From assembly GCA_964016885.1 (NCBI GenBank), contig OZ024743.1, forward strand, positions 295,492,001 through 295,556,000: a DNA stretch of 64,000 nucleotides, in the 5' to 3' direction. The DNA comes from Eledone cirrhosa (taxonomy: Eukaryota). Shown piece by piece: positions 16,129 to 29,591 of this stretch. Each line of letters opens with the position of its first letter. The stretch's first letter is position 1. Both the position numbers and the translations under genes were made by a program. The notes under the pieces were generated by a model. The model was not told the origin of the DNA. It did no database searches and saw only the letters and a program-made list of their open reading frames with translations.

Positions 16129-16171
<43 letters not shown>

Positions 16172-16249
16172 AGTGTGTGTGTGGTGTGTCTATGTGTGTG
16201 GTGTGTCTATGTGTGTGGTGTGTGTGTGTGTGTATGTTTGTACAGATAG

Positions 16250-18688
16250 ATAAAAAATGCTATTAGCCACAAGGGCACAAAAGAAGGCGACAAATAGAAA
16301 GGGGGAGATTTACATACAGGTATATGAAAATAAAACTATTAATAAAATAACAAATAACAATTGAGATCCCCAATTGGGAGGAGGCGTTACATGGGGGTTG
16401 TACACACCCCGAAAAAAGGTACAACCCTCGTTTCCAGGAGCACCAAGAGTGAGTACTACCCCTCCTCTCTTTCTCTTTTTCCTCAACCTACAGGCTTATA
16501 TAGAGAGAATGCCAAGCCATTCGGGCCATCTTTGCCACATTCACCCACCTTTTATAAAATTTGCTGGGGTACAGCACCTCTCTCTCCATCCTGATTCTTC
16601 TTCCAAAATAATATTTGAAAAAACGAATCAGTTGTTCGCCGGAGAGATATAACCTCATTCAACATAGCCATAACACATGGAAAAACCGCCTCTCCTTCGT
16701 TTTTGAAGGAGGGTGGCCGTTTGATAAGGTCAATGGACTCGGTCGTCAACTGGATTGGTCCCACCCGCGACAATAGTCGTTCTACATAGCTCCACAAGTC
16801 GGTAACCCCGGGGCAGTGTACAAATGTGTGCGCGACGGTTTCCTCGTCGCGCACGAATCTCGGACAGATCTTTTTCGAAGGGTCCGTGCCCGGGCGCCCG
16901 AGCGCCCTTGTTTGTAGAGCTTGTCTTGAACTGGTACAGCTCCTCGGTAGCACTGCCAGGCCAGGGACATTTGGAAGTTGTCCATCGGTCCCGGGCGGAA
17001 GGTTCTACTGAACAGATTGGACAGTTCGTCTTCCTCTACGCCTAGAGTTTCTCCGAGCGCGTCGTCGCACATGCTGCTGACCAACTCTCTATAGAATGAC
17101 GAAGTGGAGTGTCCACTGATCGCCGGGTACGTCTGCCAGAGGGCTGTGAGCGCTCAAGCACATTCGATGTGCCAGACGCCCATTTTTCTCGGTCTTTACT
17201 TGACCCAGGACTGCAGCTTGGTCAGCGAAACGAGTCTTGGGAATGTTCGCCTCACGAACGGGGCCCACACCGGTTGTTCGGTGAGGAATACGTGGAGGTG
17301 CCGCAGCCTGAGCGCGTATTTGCGCATCGTCAGCCATGGCATCCCCAGTCCTCCGTTTGAAGGGTCTTGGCAGCAGATGAATCTTCTCAACAAAGGGGCC
17401 CACTTCTTCCAAAGGAATTGGAAGAGCGCGCGCTCCATTTTGGTGAGAGTTTTGGCTGGACAAGGCACGACACTCAATCAGTAGTAGGTGACGGACACTA
17501 TAAAAGTGTTCGCCATCTCCGCTCGACATTTCAAGGATAGTTTGCACTCGGCCCACTTCTGGGTGAGCGAAAACACCTTCGCCGTCACCTCGTTGCAGTT
17601 CTTCTCCACCTGGAGGTCCGGAGCAAACCAGATCCCGAGCATCTTTACCGGTCCTTCCGTCCAGCGTCCGACGACGCCATCGGTTTGCCTCTCCACGTTC
17701 CGAGTTGCAAACCGGCGGATTTGTCCCGGTTCAGCTTCGCTCCTGTGAATCTTTCGCATTCCTTCAGTAAGGTGCCGACCTCCCCGATTTGCGAGGTGCT
17801 CGACACCATTCCTGTCACGTCATCGGCGTAGGCCAATGCCGCTTTTCGCAGTCCTGGTTCCAAAGGGATGCCCTGCAATAGCTCCAACCTACGCAGTAGT
17901 GGTTCGAGTGTCAGTACGTACAGAAGGGAGGAGAGAGTGCATCCCTGTTGGATGGATCGCGTGTGCTGGAACGGCTCTGAGAGGTAGTCGTTCACCTGAA
18001 CCTTTGAGCAGATGTTGCTGCTGTGCATTGCAGTAATCCAGCCCATGAACACGGGTCCGAAGCCTTCGGCCTCGAGCACCGCATCCAGGTAACGATGGTC
18101 AACCCTATCGAAAGCCTTAGACTGATCCAAGTTGATCAGGGCCCCACCGAAGCCGGGCTTACACTCTACCCTCTCTATGATGTATCGCATGAGGTGGAGG
18201 TTGTCGTGTATGGACCTGGTCGGGATTGCGCATGATTGCGCTTCTCCCACCAGGTTTTCGACGACAAGCGTAGCCTCTTTGCCAACACCTTGGCCAAAAT
18301 CTGTAACTCTGTGTTTAATAGAGTTATGGCCCGGAAGTTGCCTATGTCATCCCCCTTATTCTCGACCTTCCTGATTAACGTGACTACGTCCTTGGTCACA
18401 GAACTGGGAATTCTCCCGTTCTGCTGCCAGTTGCAGTAGACCGCTTCCAGGAGACTGGAGAACAAGTCCGGCATTGCTACGTAAAATTCGTAGCGTAGAC
18501 CGTCGAGACCTCGATCTTTGCGTTTGCCGCACTGGCTCAGCGCGTCCCCTATCCCAGCGGCCGAAATCGGCCTTTCGCAGAACTTCGTTTCGCTGTCCGA
18601 GAGTCGCGGTAGGCCGTCGAGGTATGGACCGAAATCCATAGCCCCTCCCGGTGCGCCGCCCTGCCCGAACAGTTGAGCAAAGTGCCTC
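16250..18688 (-). pseudogene. 5'-truncated, frameshifted Tx1-clade (L1 group) non-LTR retrotransposon: RT, C-terminal region and 3'UTR
   Basis: ORF pieces read GLDGLRYEFY, FRAITLLNTELQILAKVLAKRL, SIHDNLHLMR, LDQSKAFDRVDH, QGCTLSSLLY, YADDV, GGLGMP and a degenerate zinc knuckle (CPRF..ETVAHTFVHC). Confidence 0.9.
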
Positions 18689-18699
18689 CAGATAGATAT

Positions 18700-19257
18700 A
18701 TTTCTTTATTAGCCACAGGGGCACAAAAGAAGGGGACAAATACAAAGGGGGAAGTTTACATACAATAAAAACGTGTAAAATGTTATCACAGATGGAATTT
18801 AAAAGTTAGTCGATTTTCCCCAATAGAGGGAGACAGTTTATATGGGTAACACATACCCCCGAAAAAAAATGTGCAACCCTCATCTCCAGGAGTACGAAGA
18901 GCTTGTACTCCTTTCCTCTCCTCCTCCTTTTCCTCAACCTACAGGCTGATATAGAGAGAAGGCCCATTCACTCGGGCCATTCTCGCCACTTTCACCCACC
19001 TTTCATAAAACTTGCTGGGGTACAGCACCTCTCTCTCCATCCTGATTCTTCTTCCAAAGTGGTATTTGAAAAAAAGAATCAGTTGTTGACCGGAGAGAAA
19101 GGTGTCTGACCTCAGCCCTTTCAACCTTGTCCACCATACAACCTCTTTCACCATAGCTATCACACAAAGGAAAACCGCCTCTCCTTCGTTTTTGAAGGAG
19201 GGTGGCGGTTTGATCATGACAATCGACTCGGTGGTCAACTGGATTGGTCCCACCCGC
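18700..19257 (-). mobile_element. Second, shorter 3' fragment of the same Tx1-like family
   Basis: Homologous to 16250-16770 (GPIQLTTESI..PPSFKNEGEAVF). GATA repeats flank it. Confidence 0.85.
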
Positions 19258-19315
19258 GATAGATAGACAGATAGATAGATAGATGGATAGATAGGATAGA
19301 TAGGATAGATAGATA

Positions 19316-19625
19316 TGGGTAGAGGAAATAATCTCTCCCTTAGGTTTGCTGGGAAAATTGCCCTAGGTTAAAAGTAGGTTTTTTTCCAGAGTTTCCCTCT
19401 CTTAGAAAGGTGTTGCGACAACAACTGGTAGCCTTTCACTCCCAGGTGAAAAAGAAGTACTATTTCGATGGTCGTTGACAGTCCTGAGTTCCTCCGCTCT
19501 TTGTCGGGTCTTGTATTTCATCCCGCAGGGTGTCCAAATATCACCCTCCTCACAAAGCAAGCTTGGTGGGGTTGCCCGTTTAATCGTCGACGACCCGACC
19601 ACGAGACAGGTTGTACTGTGTTACA
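19316..19625 (-). mobile_element. RTE-5'UTR-related short element with (TATC)n tail
   Basis: It shares GGCAACCCCACCAAG..GAGGAGGGTGA with the 15081 family but has a different 3' end. Confidence 0.6.
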
Positions 19626-19826
19626 CGTTACATACAGACATATATACATATACATATTTTTCAGCTTGTTATTTTTTTCCAGTAGATGGTCTCTCTTTAA
19701 GGAGAGATCTGCCAGGCCATTGTCAGAGTTGAAATCTTCTATGTTAGAGAAAATAAACCCCCTAATAAACCCATTCTAATCTTACCTGATGTTATCCTTA
19801 CAGATGTACTGGTTCATGTGTGTACA

Positions 19827-19858
<32 letters not shown>

Positions 19859-20027
19859 CACGAGTTTATATATATGCATATATATATATACACATATATA
19901 TATACATACATATATATATATATATGCACACACATACACACACATACATATATATATATGCACACACATACACACACATACATACATATATATATATATG
20001 CACACACATACACACACATACACACGC

Positions 20028-20058
<31 letters not shown>

Positions 20059-22321
20059 TACGCATATAGACACATTCTTCTTATAGAATATGTATTTGAC
20101 ATATGTAAAGAATATATCAAGTATCTTGTACGATATATGGCTCCTTCCCTCTCAATATAAACACATATGTATGTTAACAAATACGTACATACATACATAT
20201 ACCCATAAACACACACACACGCAAACCCACGTGCTCATATAAAACACATTCATACACGTGAACCGTCGTGCTCAAACCAAAATTTAACTATTTATAATTT
20301 AAGCAGGAAAAGAAAAAAGGATTAATTTAAGCCAAATGTCCTTTAACCTAAGATGTGTCAAGGATGTACAAAAACAGTGAGAGAAGGGTGGAAACAAATG
20401 AGTACTCACGTATATATATAATTAGAGAGAGAGAGGACAGGGTGTTTGTGACTTAGGTGTCTCTCCGTTGGGTGAATGGTGGGTATATGAGTAATAGGGT
20501 AAGAGAGGTATGCAAATTAGTTTATTTAGTGTCGGGCAAGCACATGTGCTGGAAGGTCGGTTGTTGAAGTGGAAGAGTCCATTATACTCCTGGAGCATAT
20601 GTTGGTTTAAAGCAAAGGTACGATTTCTGGATCCGCTGTCTACATTAGGTAACTATTTCCAATTTTTTTATTGGTGAGTGGCCATTTTTTATTTAGAATG
20701 CAAAGTACTTTAGTCGATGCCAATTTGCATGGCCCCCTCTCCCTTGTAGGGCTAAGCATTGCTGATGATGCTGAAGCTAAGGTTGTAATGAATTCCTTTC
20801 TCACGTAGACTCCAGACGAAACTGGAGAGGCTTATGGCATGCTTCTTGTCCTGGTGTCGGAAGGAATAGTTATATTGCGTTTAAGCGTGTTTAGAAATTG
20901 TTTACCATCATGGCGATGTGCGCCCTCTGTTGTCTATTCGATGTGACCTTACACCCATATACTACATCTTTAATGAGGCATTAGATGTTCACGAAGCGCT
21001 CATTTTGGTTGCAGAATTACAATTTGGCTCTGGAGGTGCGTTGTTATGTCCGTTTGGTCTGTGTATATTCAGCTTAGACCTGTTTGAAGCTGCGATGCAC
21101 TGGGTGATGTTGAGCGTATTGCAAAAATGCGTGAATTCGTGGTAAAACTATTCAGCCATGTGATACAATATATCACATTTAATCTCTCTGAGAATTACGT
21201 TAGGGCTAAACGTGTCTTTTGAATGCTTTAATTTTATGAGCAGGTTGTTAAGTTGATAGAACAAGACGAATACAACGGAGGTTCAACAATATATTGAAGA
21301 ATTTCGATAAGGTTATATGCCTCTGGAATACTCAGCCACCTACTTCATAATACAAAGTGGACTGTACTTGCATTTCAAATGTCCAGTCTTGCCACACAGT
21401 CGTTGTGACTCAGCTTTGAGATTACATTAAATGTGCATGTCTCTGGAATACTCAGCCATCTAAGCTATAATTTATGATGGGTTTTTCTTGTATTTCGAAG
21501 AATTCAGCCTTGTCAATATTGTTTCATGCTCAATCTGTCTTGAAATTACAGCTAAGCTTGACATGTCTGTAGAATACTCAGTCACTTCCACATCAGACAT
21601 TAGAAAATATCAAATAAGTGAATACTCATCATGGAAAGTGTTGGTGGATGGATTATATTGTAACAATCTACACTGTCTCACCGATATATCATGTAACGCC
21701 CTTTATTATTGCAGTAAATTCACCTTCACCACTTCTATTCATAATCATTGGTTTGTCTACATGGATTAAATAAGTTTTAAGTGAGATTCTCACAGCCAGA
21801 TGCCCTTCCTGATGCCAACTTGTATTTTAATTAAAGTTTGATAGATAGATACTGTTGATATTCATATAATCTTATTTATTGTTTATGAAGTATTTCATTT
21901 TAATGACGACATTGTCATGGAAGCATTTAAATATTTCTTTGTATATCACAGCATTTGTAACCGTGAAGAATATAAGCAAAGATGTTTAATAAAAATCTTC
22001 AATATTGAAGTAGAACTAGCTCAAATATCTAACTCTGTATTTGCTCATCATTTTGTAGACGATAAGTGTCTATCTGTGACATTACAGAGAGGACAGTGGG
22101 AAGGCGCATTTCTAATAAATAACATATCACATGACTTTCAGAATAATGAAACACCTGAAAATCTAATAATGTTACATACTCATGTATCGGCTTGTTGAAT
22201 CTTTTCTCACACACGTATCTCCGTTCAAATATCGCGCAGTGTTATATTAAAATTCACAATTCAAATGTGCATATATATATTTAGATATATATATACGTAT
22301 ATATATATATATATATATATA

Positions 22322-22402
22322 TACAATATTAAATAAATGGAAACTATATATCAGTTATAAATATTTACTAGTTGTAACACAACAATTTAAATATAACTTT
22401 CC

Positions 22403-22472
<70 letters not shown>

Positions 22473-22544
22473 GTAGAGAGAGAGACTATATATCAGTTAT
22501 AAATATTTACTAGTTGTAACACAACAATTTAAATATAACTTTCC
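22322..22544 (+). mobile_element. Mini PLE-type insertion of the 45716-46629 family, with a local duplicate of the tail
   Basis: The inverted arm TACAATATTAAATAAATGGAAAC is followed by the tail ATCAGTTATAAATATTTACTAGTTGTAAC..AATATAACTTT (reverse complement of 45717-45775). The tail repeats at 22487-22544. Confidence 0.75.
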
Positions 22545-22578
<34 letters not shown>

Positions 22579-22834
22579 ATATATACGTAGAGAGAGAGAG
22601 ACGGGGGGAGAGAGAAAGAGAGAGAGATGGATATATTTACATATATATATATACATTTATATATATGTAAATATATATATATATATATTGTATATGAGTG
22701 TATATATACATATATATATACATATATATATATATACATATATATATATAGTAATAATAATAATAATAATATATATATTATATATATACCTATATACTTA
22801 TATATATATATATATTATATATTCATATATATAT

Positions 22835-22909
<75 letters not shown>

Positions 22910-23365
22910 CTGGCTGTGTGTATCTGAATTAATATATATTTATATTTGGATGTATCTCAGTTTTACTCGTTTGCTTACTCCATCCCTCGGGCTGCGGGAA
23001 TGCTGCTGCACGCCATTGTTGCTACACTTTCTATAGCCGTCCATTCATGAAACCTGGATCTTTTCACTGCTGCTCTCATTTGCGTTTCTTGCCTCGCTGG
23101 AGGCTCAGCTGAGATATATCTATTTATATATCAACCTACACACACATACATACACATATATATACATACTTACTTACCTGCACACACGCACATACACACA
23201 CCCACACACATACATATATATATACACATATATAATTATATATATATATACATACATATATATATATATATACATATATATATAGACGCACATATACATA
23301 TATATATACATATACATACACATATATATATATACATATATATATATACAAATATATACATACAA

Positions 23366-23411
<46 letters not shown>

Positions 23412-25417
23412 ATGTTCGTGTGTGTGTGAATGTGCATGTGTATGCGCTTATGTATGTATGAATGTATATATATAAGCAGGCAAGTAAGTAAATCGAGAGG
23501 GAGAAAACGAAGAAAGTAGCAATACGGAGATGGGGAGATATAAATATAGTCAGATAGTTCTGTAGATGCAGTGAAATAATTAGACAAATATTGTTGTCTT
23601 TCATATACTTAAACATTAAAGCATTCTATATTTGCGTGGGGTAGTGAGCTCGTAGTACGTTTTCTTTGTTAAATACTTGTTTAAGATGTTGTTGCCTAGT
23701 TGCCTATATATACAGTGACTCGCACACTCACAATCTCACAGACAACTTCATATTCACACGCATCTTTATATGCTCATATATATGTGTTCGACAACGATTA
23801 GGTGAACTGTCCGCTAGTAGTTAAGTAGCTACAACCATAATAACGAAGCTTCTAAGATGCCAGTAGAGGTAAACATTTATAGCTTATCCAGTTAGACGTT
23901 TTTGGTAATGTTTCAGACAAACAAATTATAAATGGGATGATGGAAACGTTCCTTGGCTCGTCATAATATATTTAATTCGACAGCTAAATCACTTTAATTC
24001 GTTGGATTTAGAGATTGTTTCGAAACCGTGTCTATAATTAGAATACCATCGTCATTTTTCTCTTAGAAAATCATGTCGGGGTTATAATGGACTATCTGGT
24101 GATCTTATAATATAGTTATATATATCTTGAGTTGTCATTTAATAAAACAGGTGGAGTTTCATATAACAACCGTTATTATATTTTTCAGTGGTTTTACATA
24201 TATTGCGTACTCTCTCTCTCTCTCTCTGCACAACAAAGTGCAGTTCTGTACGTCTTCAGTATATGCTGTGGTATATTTAGGGTTCTATTTCATATTATAT
24301 GTATTTCTAATTTTGATACAATGCAAGTAAATGTGGGGGGAGTGCAAAGTCAATTAAATCAGCACCAACGTTGTCAAAATGTAACGAGCATTTCATCCAG
24401 CGTTCTACCAATTCTGCCAATATATTCCCTTTATATTTTGTTATATAAGTACTGTTCTTGAGTAAAAATTTGGCGTGGCTGTTGCAGCGGGTGTCTCTAA
24501 CCATTCTTCTCGGTAATGACTTTGCCATTTTACTCGCGGTGTGCAGCTGAAGCACCACTCAGACTGGAATGTAGTGTATGTCCCTCCTCCTCAACCTTTC
24601 TTTCGATGCTTAATTTTTTTCTCTTCTTTAAATTTCTTTTTTTTGATTTCGTTTAATAGTGTGTTTTGTTTTTGTATAAACAGTTTCTTAAATGCTCTGA
24701 AGTATTTGTTTCAGTTTTCAGTAATTACCCTCTTCCCTTAAGAAGGAGATAGATCCCTCATATGGGATGCCACATATGCTTCCCTGTAAACACAACGTAT
24801 ATCTTTAGATACATGGAATTCACATACACATATGTATACAGCTGTGTTGAAGCAAAATTTTAAGTTTACTTTTCTTTTCATTTCTTCCTATTGCTTCTAC
24901 GAGCCAACACATATTTAGCTTCTTATTTATATCCATTAAGGAAAATTTAACCCGAGGCGGCCATTGACAGTATTTTGCTGTTTTCACAGCTTTCTTGGCC
25001 CTTAGCAATAGGTAATTTTCCGAAAGTTAAAATTTGCATCTCCCAACCCCTAATCCTGGTTCAAGCAACAAAAACACGGGGTGTGCAAAATCCGAGCTCA
25101 ATCGGACAACTGTTAGGCAACCCTCAAACGCCTTGAATTAGGGACATAGTATACACAACGATTAATTATGTTCAAAAGCGGTATACTGCTCCCTATCTCC
25201 ACCATTTATGTTTAGAAACGTTCTGAATCAGATTTAGCAATAGTTAATTTGAAAAATTCCTGAAATAACATGAAAAACTTCAGAAATATTAGGTTTTCTT
25301 AATAAAGCACACAACTTCTATAAGATAAATGCATTTTTATTTACAACAATAAGTTCTATAGAAACAAAAACATAATGTGAACACTGAACACTGAATATTG
25401 AACAAATATTTTTGAAC

Positions 25418-25594
25418 AATGAAACTACAGAGAGAGTCTTATATGAAAAAGTTTAAGTGTATTATTGGGAATCCCTATAAGTTATCAAGGTGGGATATAG
25501 AGTTATCTATAAGTTATCCCACCTTGATAACTTATAGGGATTCCCAATAATACACTTAAACTTTTTCATATAAGACTCTCTCTGTAGTTTCATT
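25418..25594. repeat. Perfect 80-bp inverted repeat with 17-bp spacer
   Basis: 25418-25497 is the reverse complement of 25515-25594. Confidence 0.9.
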
Positions 25595-25856
25595 AAATAA
25601 ATCCCGCAACCCAAACCTTTAATTTTCTATTAATTTTTTTATTATTTTTAAAATTTCTTTTAACTCTTAATTTTTTTAACTTTTAATTTAATTTCATCCT
25701 GCAACTCTTAACATAAGTTAACGTTCCAATTTTCTGTTCACACATTAGACCATACGGACACACATTATATATGCCTTTGTTAAAATATAGGTTCTTTGGA
25801 TAAACATTTTTCGCGGCGTTTTCTTGCCTGACTGTAGTGTGACCCTTACGCTGACT

Positions 25857-26240
<384 letters not shown>

Positions 26241-26426
26241 CCAGCCGCCTGTTATTTTATTCATAATAATTAACTCTGTATTCGCACCACAAACTACACA
26301 AACGAATACGGGTGAACTGCACTACGTTGAGTACTTTCCATAATATTACATCAAGATTGACCATACGGAATGACCAATTCTATCCGGTGGTGAACCAACA
26401 AACCTAAATAAATATATATATAGAGA

Positions 26427-26618
26427 TAGATAGATGAGATTCTACAGGACTAGAACTGTTTAATTCTTTAGAAATCATCAGCGATTCCTGATGATTTCTA
26501 AAGAATGAAACAGTCTTAGTCCTGTAGAATCTCATCTATATTAAAACTGTTATACTCTACTATGTATTGAGTACCTTACTTTCTGTGGTTACCTACCATT
26601 CAACCCGGAATAACTTAC
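26427..26618 (+). mobile_element. Foldback PLE-type insertion with HHR and ~78-bp tail
   Basis: ~26430-26481 is an imperfect reverse complement of 26488-26539. (TA)n flanks it. Confidence 0.75.
26483..26531 (+). ncRNA. Type I hammerhead ribozyme
   Basis: GATTC-CTGATGA-TTTCTAAAGAAT-GAAA-CAG-tcttagtc-CTG-TA-GAATC. All three helices pair and the cleavage triplet is GUA. Confidence 0.85.
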
Positions 26619-26668
26619 CTATATATATATCATGAATGACATATATATATATATTTCATATGTATATG

Positions 26669-26743
<75 letters not shown>

Positions 26744-27067
26744 TGAGTGTTTGCGTGAACGTAGGAGCATTTAAGGATTCGTGTGTGTGTATGTGGCTGC
26801 GTGCACACATTTTGGAATATGTTTTGGTCAGTCAAAGAATTGGTTTGGAGTAATCAGGAAGCTGAAAGTGAGGGTTGACCCTATTGGCGGCGGTGGGGGC
26901 GGCGCTTGTCACGCTTGGACGACGCGGTACAAGTTCATAGTATCATTAAATTACACACATACTAAATGCACACATACGCTCACACACAAAGAATAGGGCC
27001 GATGCCTATATATATATAACTTCTCAGCCCAGAAAACCACATCAAAAAGTATATTTTTTGTCATATC

Positions 27068-27159
27068 ACCAGACTGAGGAGCTAATCGATACTGGAGACG
27101 GCTCCATAACTCCTATGAGTTACATTCAACCAATCCTCTGCGAAATACACGTAACAGGT
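27068..27159 (+). ncRNA. Degenerate HHR-like motif with long helix II in a (TA)n-flanked segment
   Basis: ACCAGA-CTGAGGA-GC..~57 nt..GC-GAAA-TACACG-TA-ACAGGT, then AATAAA. Helix I has 2 mismatches. Confidence 0.4.
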
Positions 27160-27301
27160 CGATACACAATAAATATTTTTCACCTGTAAACGAAACTTCA
27201 TCGTTTTTTCTATTATGTACATTATGTATATATATATATATATATATGTACATTATGCACATATATATATATATATATATATTATGTAAATATATAAATA
27301 A

Positions 27302-27335
<34 letters not shown>

Positions 27336-27338
<3 letters not shown>

Positions 27339-27437
27339 ATAAGAAACGGAGAATCAGTGATATGATACTCTGCTCTGCAAGAGCATCGAGTGCTCAAAAG
27401 GCCTACCGCTCACCGACGCTTTACGCCTCCCACACCA
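27336..27437 (+). mobile_element. Short (TA)n-flanked insertion, second copy inverted at 48661-48747
   Basis: Both copies have the same two ends (CACATAAGAAACGGAGAATCAG and AAGAGCATCGAGTGCTCAA..CCCACACCA) but different internal junctions. Confidence 0.65.
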
Positions 27438-27438
27438 A

Positions 27439-28347
27439 TCTATATATATAAAACTGTGGTTGTCTGTCTGTCTATCGATTTTTGTCACACATCTCCTCTT
27501 AGAATCTCTCACGGAATTGCACCGAAATTGCTATACTTGTACATTGAGCCCTATCGAAGACATCGGAAAAAAAATATTTCAAATTGACCCACCCTATGTG
27601 ACGAAATCGAATATAATGTATCGATTTTTGAGCGTAAGTTATCAGTTATTTCCCTTTGTTCTGTTTACATTGAGCGTCTTACGTAAAAAATTACGCTGGC
27701 TTTCTCAGCGTTTAAAATGACATTAACACAATACACGAAGCTTCCGTTTTGCTTCATTTCCATTTAAAAGCATTTTAAAACAATATTTTTACTTGAAAAC
27801 AAGTCTATTTAAAGACTACGTAAAACAAGCAAATATTTCGTCGTTAGGCGTGCAGACAGACAGTCGTGCAGACAGACAGTCGTGCAGACAGACAGTCGTG
27901 CAGAGAGGTGATATAGGCGTGCAGACAGACAGTCGTGCAGAGAGGTGATATAGGCGTGCAGACAGACAGTCGTGCAGAGAGGTGATATAGGCGTGCAGAC
28001 AGACAGTAGTGCAGAGAGGTGATATAGGCGTGCAGACAGACATAACTGATAATTTGGTTACGCTAATGTTTTTCTCTGCGTTGCAGTGTTTACATTTTCG
28101 ATCTTTGTTAATAAATAACCAGTGCAGTTTCTATCCCCAGCATCCTCTTTTGTTATAACATTCGGGTTATCGTTATGTTTTCTTAACTTCATAAGGCATA
28201 TTGTTGGTTGAGGGAATATTAATCAAAAACACCACATGCAAGTCTGCACAGTAGACACTACAGTTTTTAAGCCAAGAAAGAAACTTAACATTGTAACTTT
28301 AACACAGCTACTGAGCGACCCCGAGCAACGCCGGGCTTTACTGCTAG
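27439..28347 (+). mobile_element. Non-autonomous Helitron-like element
   Basis: It starts A|TCTATATATATAAAA, has the subterminal hairpin CCCGAGCAACGCCGGG (28320-28335) and ends CTAG|T. Confidence 0.75.
27846..28041. repeat. 37-bp minisatellite inside the Helitron-like element
   Basis: Unit GGCGTGCAGACAGACAGTCGTGCAGAGAGGTGATATA occurs about 4 times, with 15-bp subunits. Confidence 0.9.
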
Positions 28348-28391
28348 TTATATATATATATATACATTATTTATATATCTATATTATATAT

Positions 28392-28439
<48 letters not shown>

Positions 28440-28446
28440 TACATAT

Positions 28447-28452
28447 ACACAT

Positions 28453-28505
<53 letters not shown>

Positions 28506-28595
28506 AAAAAAATGTATACATACTTCAAAATCATTGTAATAAATATCGCCTCTGCAGGTAATTAAATCAAAGTGTGTATACATTTTTTGGGCCAC

Positions 28596-28601
<6 letters not shown>
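28447..28601. mobile_element. Tc1/mariner-type MITE
   Basis: TIR cores are CCAAAAAAATGTATACA / TGTATACATTTTTTGG. The right end is CACTCTG|TA. The left TIR is expanded by (GT)n. Confidence 0.65.
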
Positions 28602-28631
<30 letters not shown>

Positions 28632-28634
<3 letters not shown>

Positions 28635-29591
28635 GTATATATATAAAATTAAGTATGTGTGTGTGTGTGTCTGTGTATTACCTGTAGGGGCCTACATCTT
28701 ACGACCGAATTTCATGAAACTTTATAGGCTCATAGATTAGTCATCGGGGAGTGTTTTCTATATATCAGCGTATCGTTTTTTTTATATTCCGGCGTCATTC
28801 TGCAGATAAAAATTGATAGCTCTCACATTTTGCCACCGATTTCGTTCAAATTTTAAAGCAAAATAGAATTTATCATTGCATATCCTGTAATGACTATATT
28901 TTGCATTTGTAGTTCAGTCACGGCGTGGTAGACGCTTAAATATTAAAAAATACCACTTTCGACTCAAATTTCAACATTCCGGCTCTAGCTCCCACATTAA
29001 TCAACCTACTTTGTTCAAAATTCACACTACGCTAGATCTGATTATTTCACTTTTTAAGTGGCTTTATATTTTGGACTTTTTGTTCAGGAACGGCGTGGCA
29101 ACAGCTTAAATATTCGAAAATACCACCTTTTCGCTCAAATTTCCGCCTTTTCGGCTCTAGCTCCCACATTTTTCAACCGATTTCGTTCAAATTCGAAACT
29201 TCGGCTCCACCTCACACATAAATCAATTTATTTGGTTCAACTTTTATACGACGATAGAACCTATCATTGCACATCTTATAGATGGTCAAAGGCAAAACGT
29301 TGGCCACTGACGACGTCTGAGCTTTTAGTTGTGTATTTGAGAATTCATCGGTTTCCAATCAAGTAGCGTGAGGAAATTTTCGCTTAGTGTTAGAGGTCAT
29401 TACCTCCCTCCCCAACATACCCTTCGTCAGTCACCCGCGTTTCTCAGTGATAGAGGTCATCACCACCCTCCCCCGCATGGCCTGCGTGTGGCCATAGATG
29501 AGTCATCGAGAAGCAGTCACTAAGATCAACACGTTTTCATCAAAGCAGATATTATTTTACCTACCCAGGCAACGCTGGGTACTGCTGCTAG
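28632..29591 (+). mobile_element. Second non-autonomous Helitron-like element
   Basis: It starts A|TCTGTATATATATAAAA, has the hairpin ACCCAGGCAACGCTGGGT (29563-29580) and ends CTAG|T. There is an internal ~175-bp diverged duplication. Confidence 0.75.

Noticed and set aside
20540-21180. Possible degraded PLE endonuclease region on the minus strand
   Set aside because: Only vague motif resemblance, with many stops and frameshifts. It needs a profile search.
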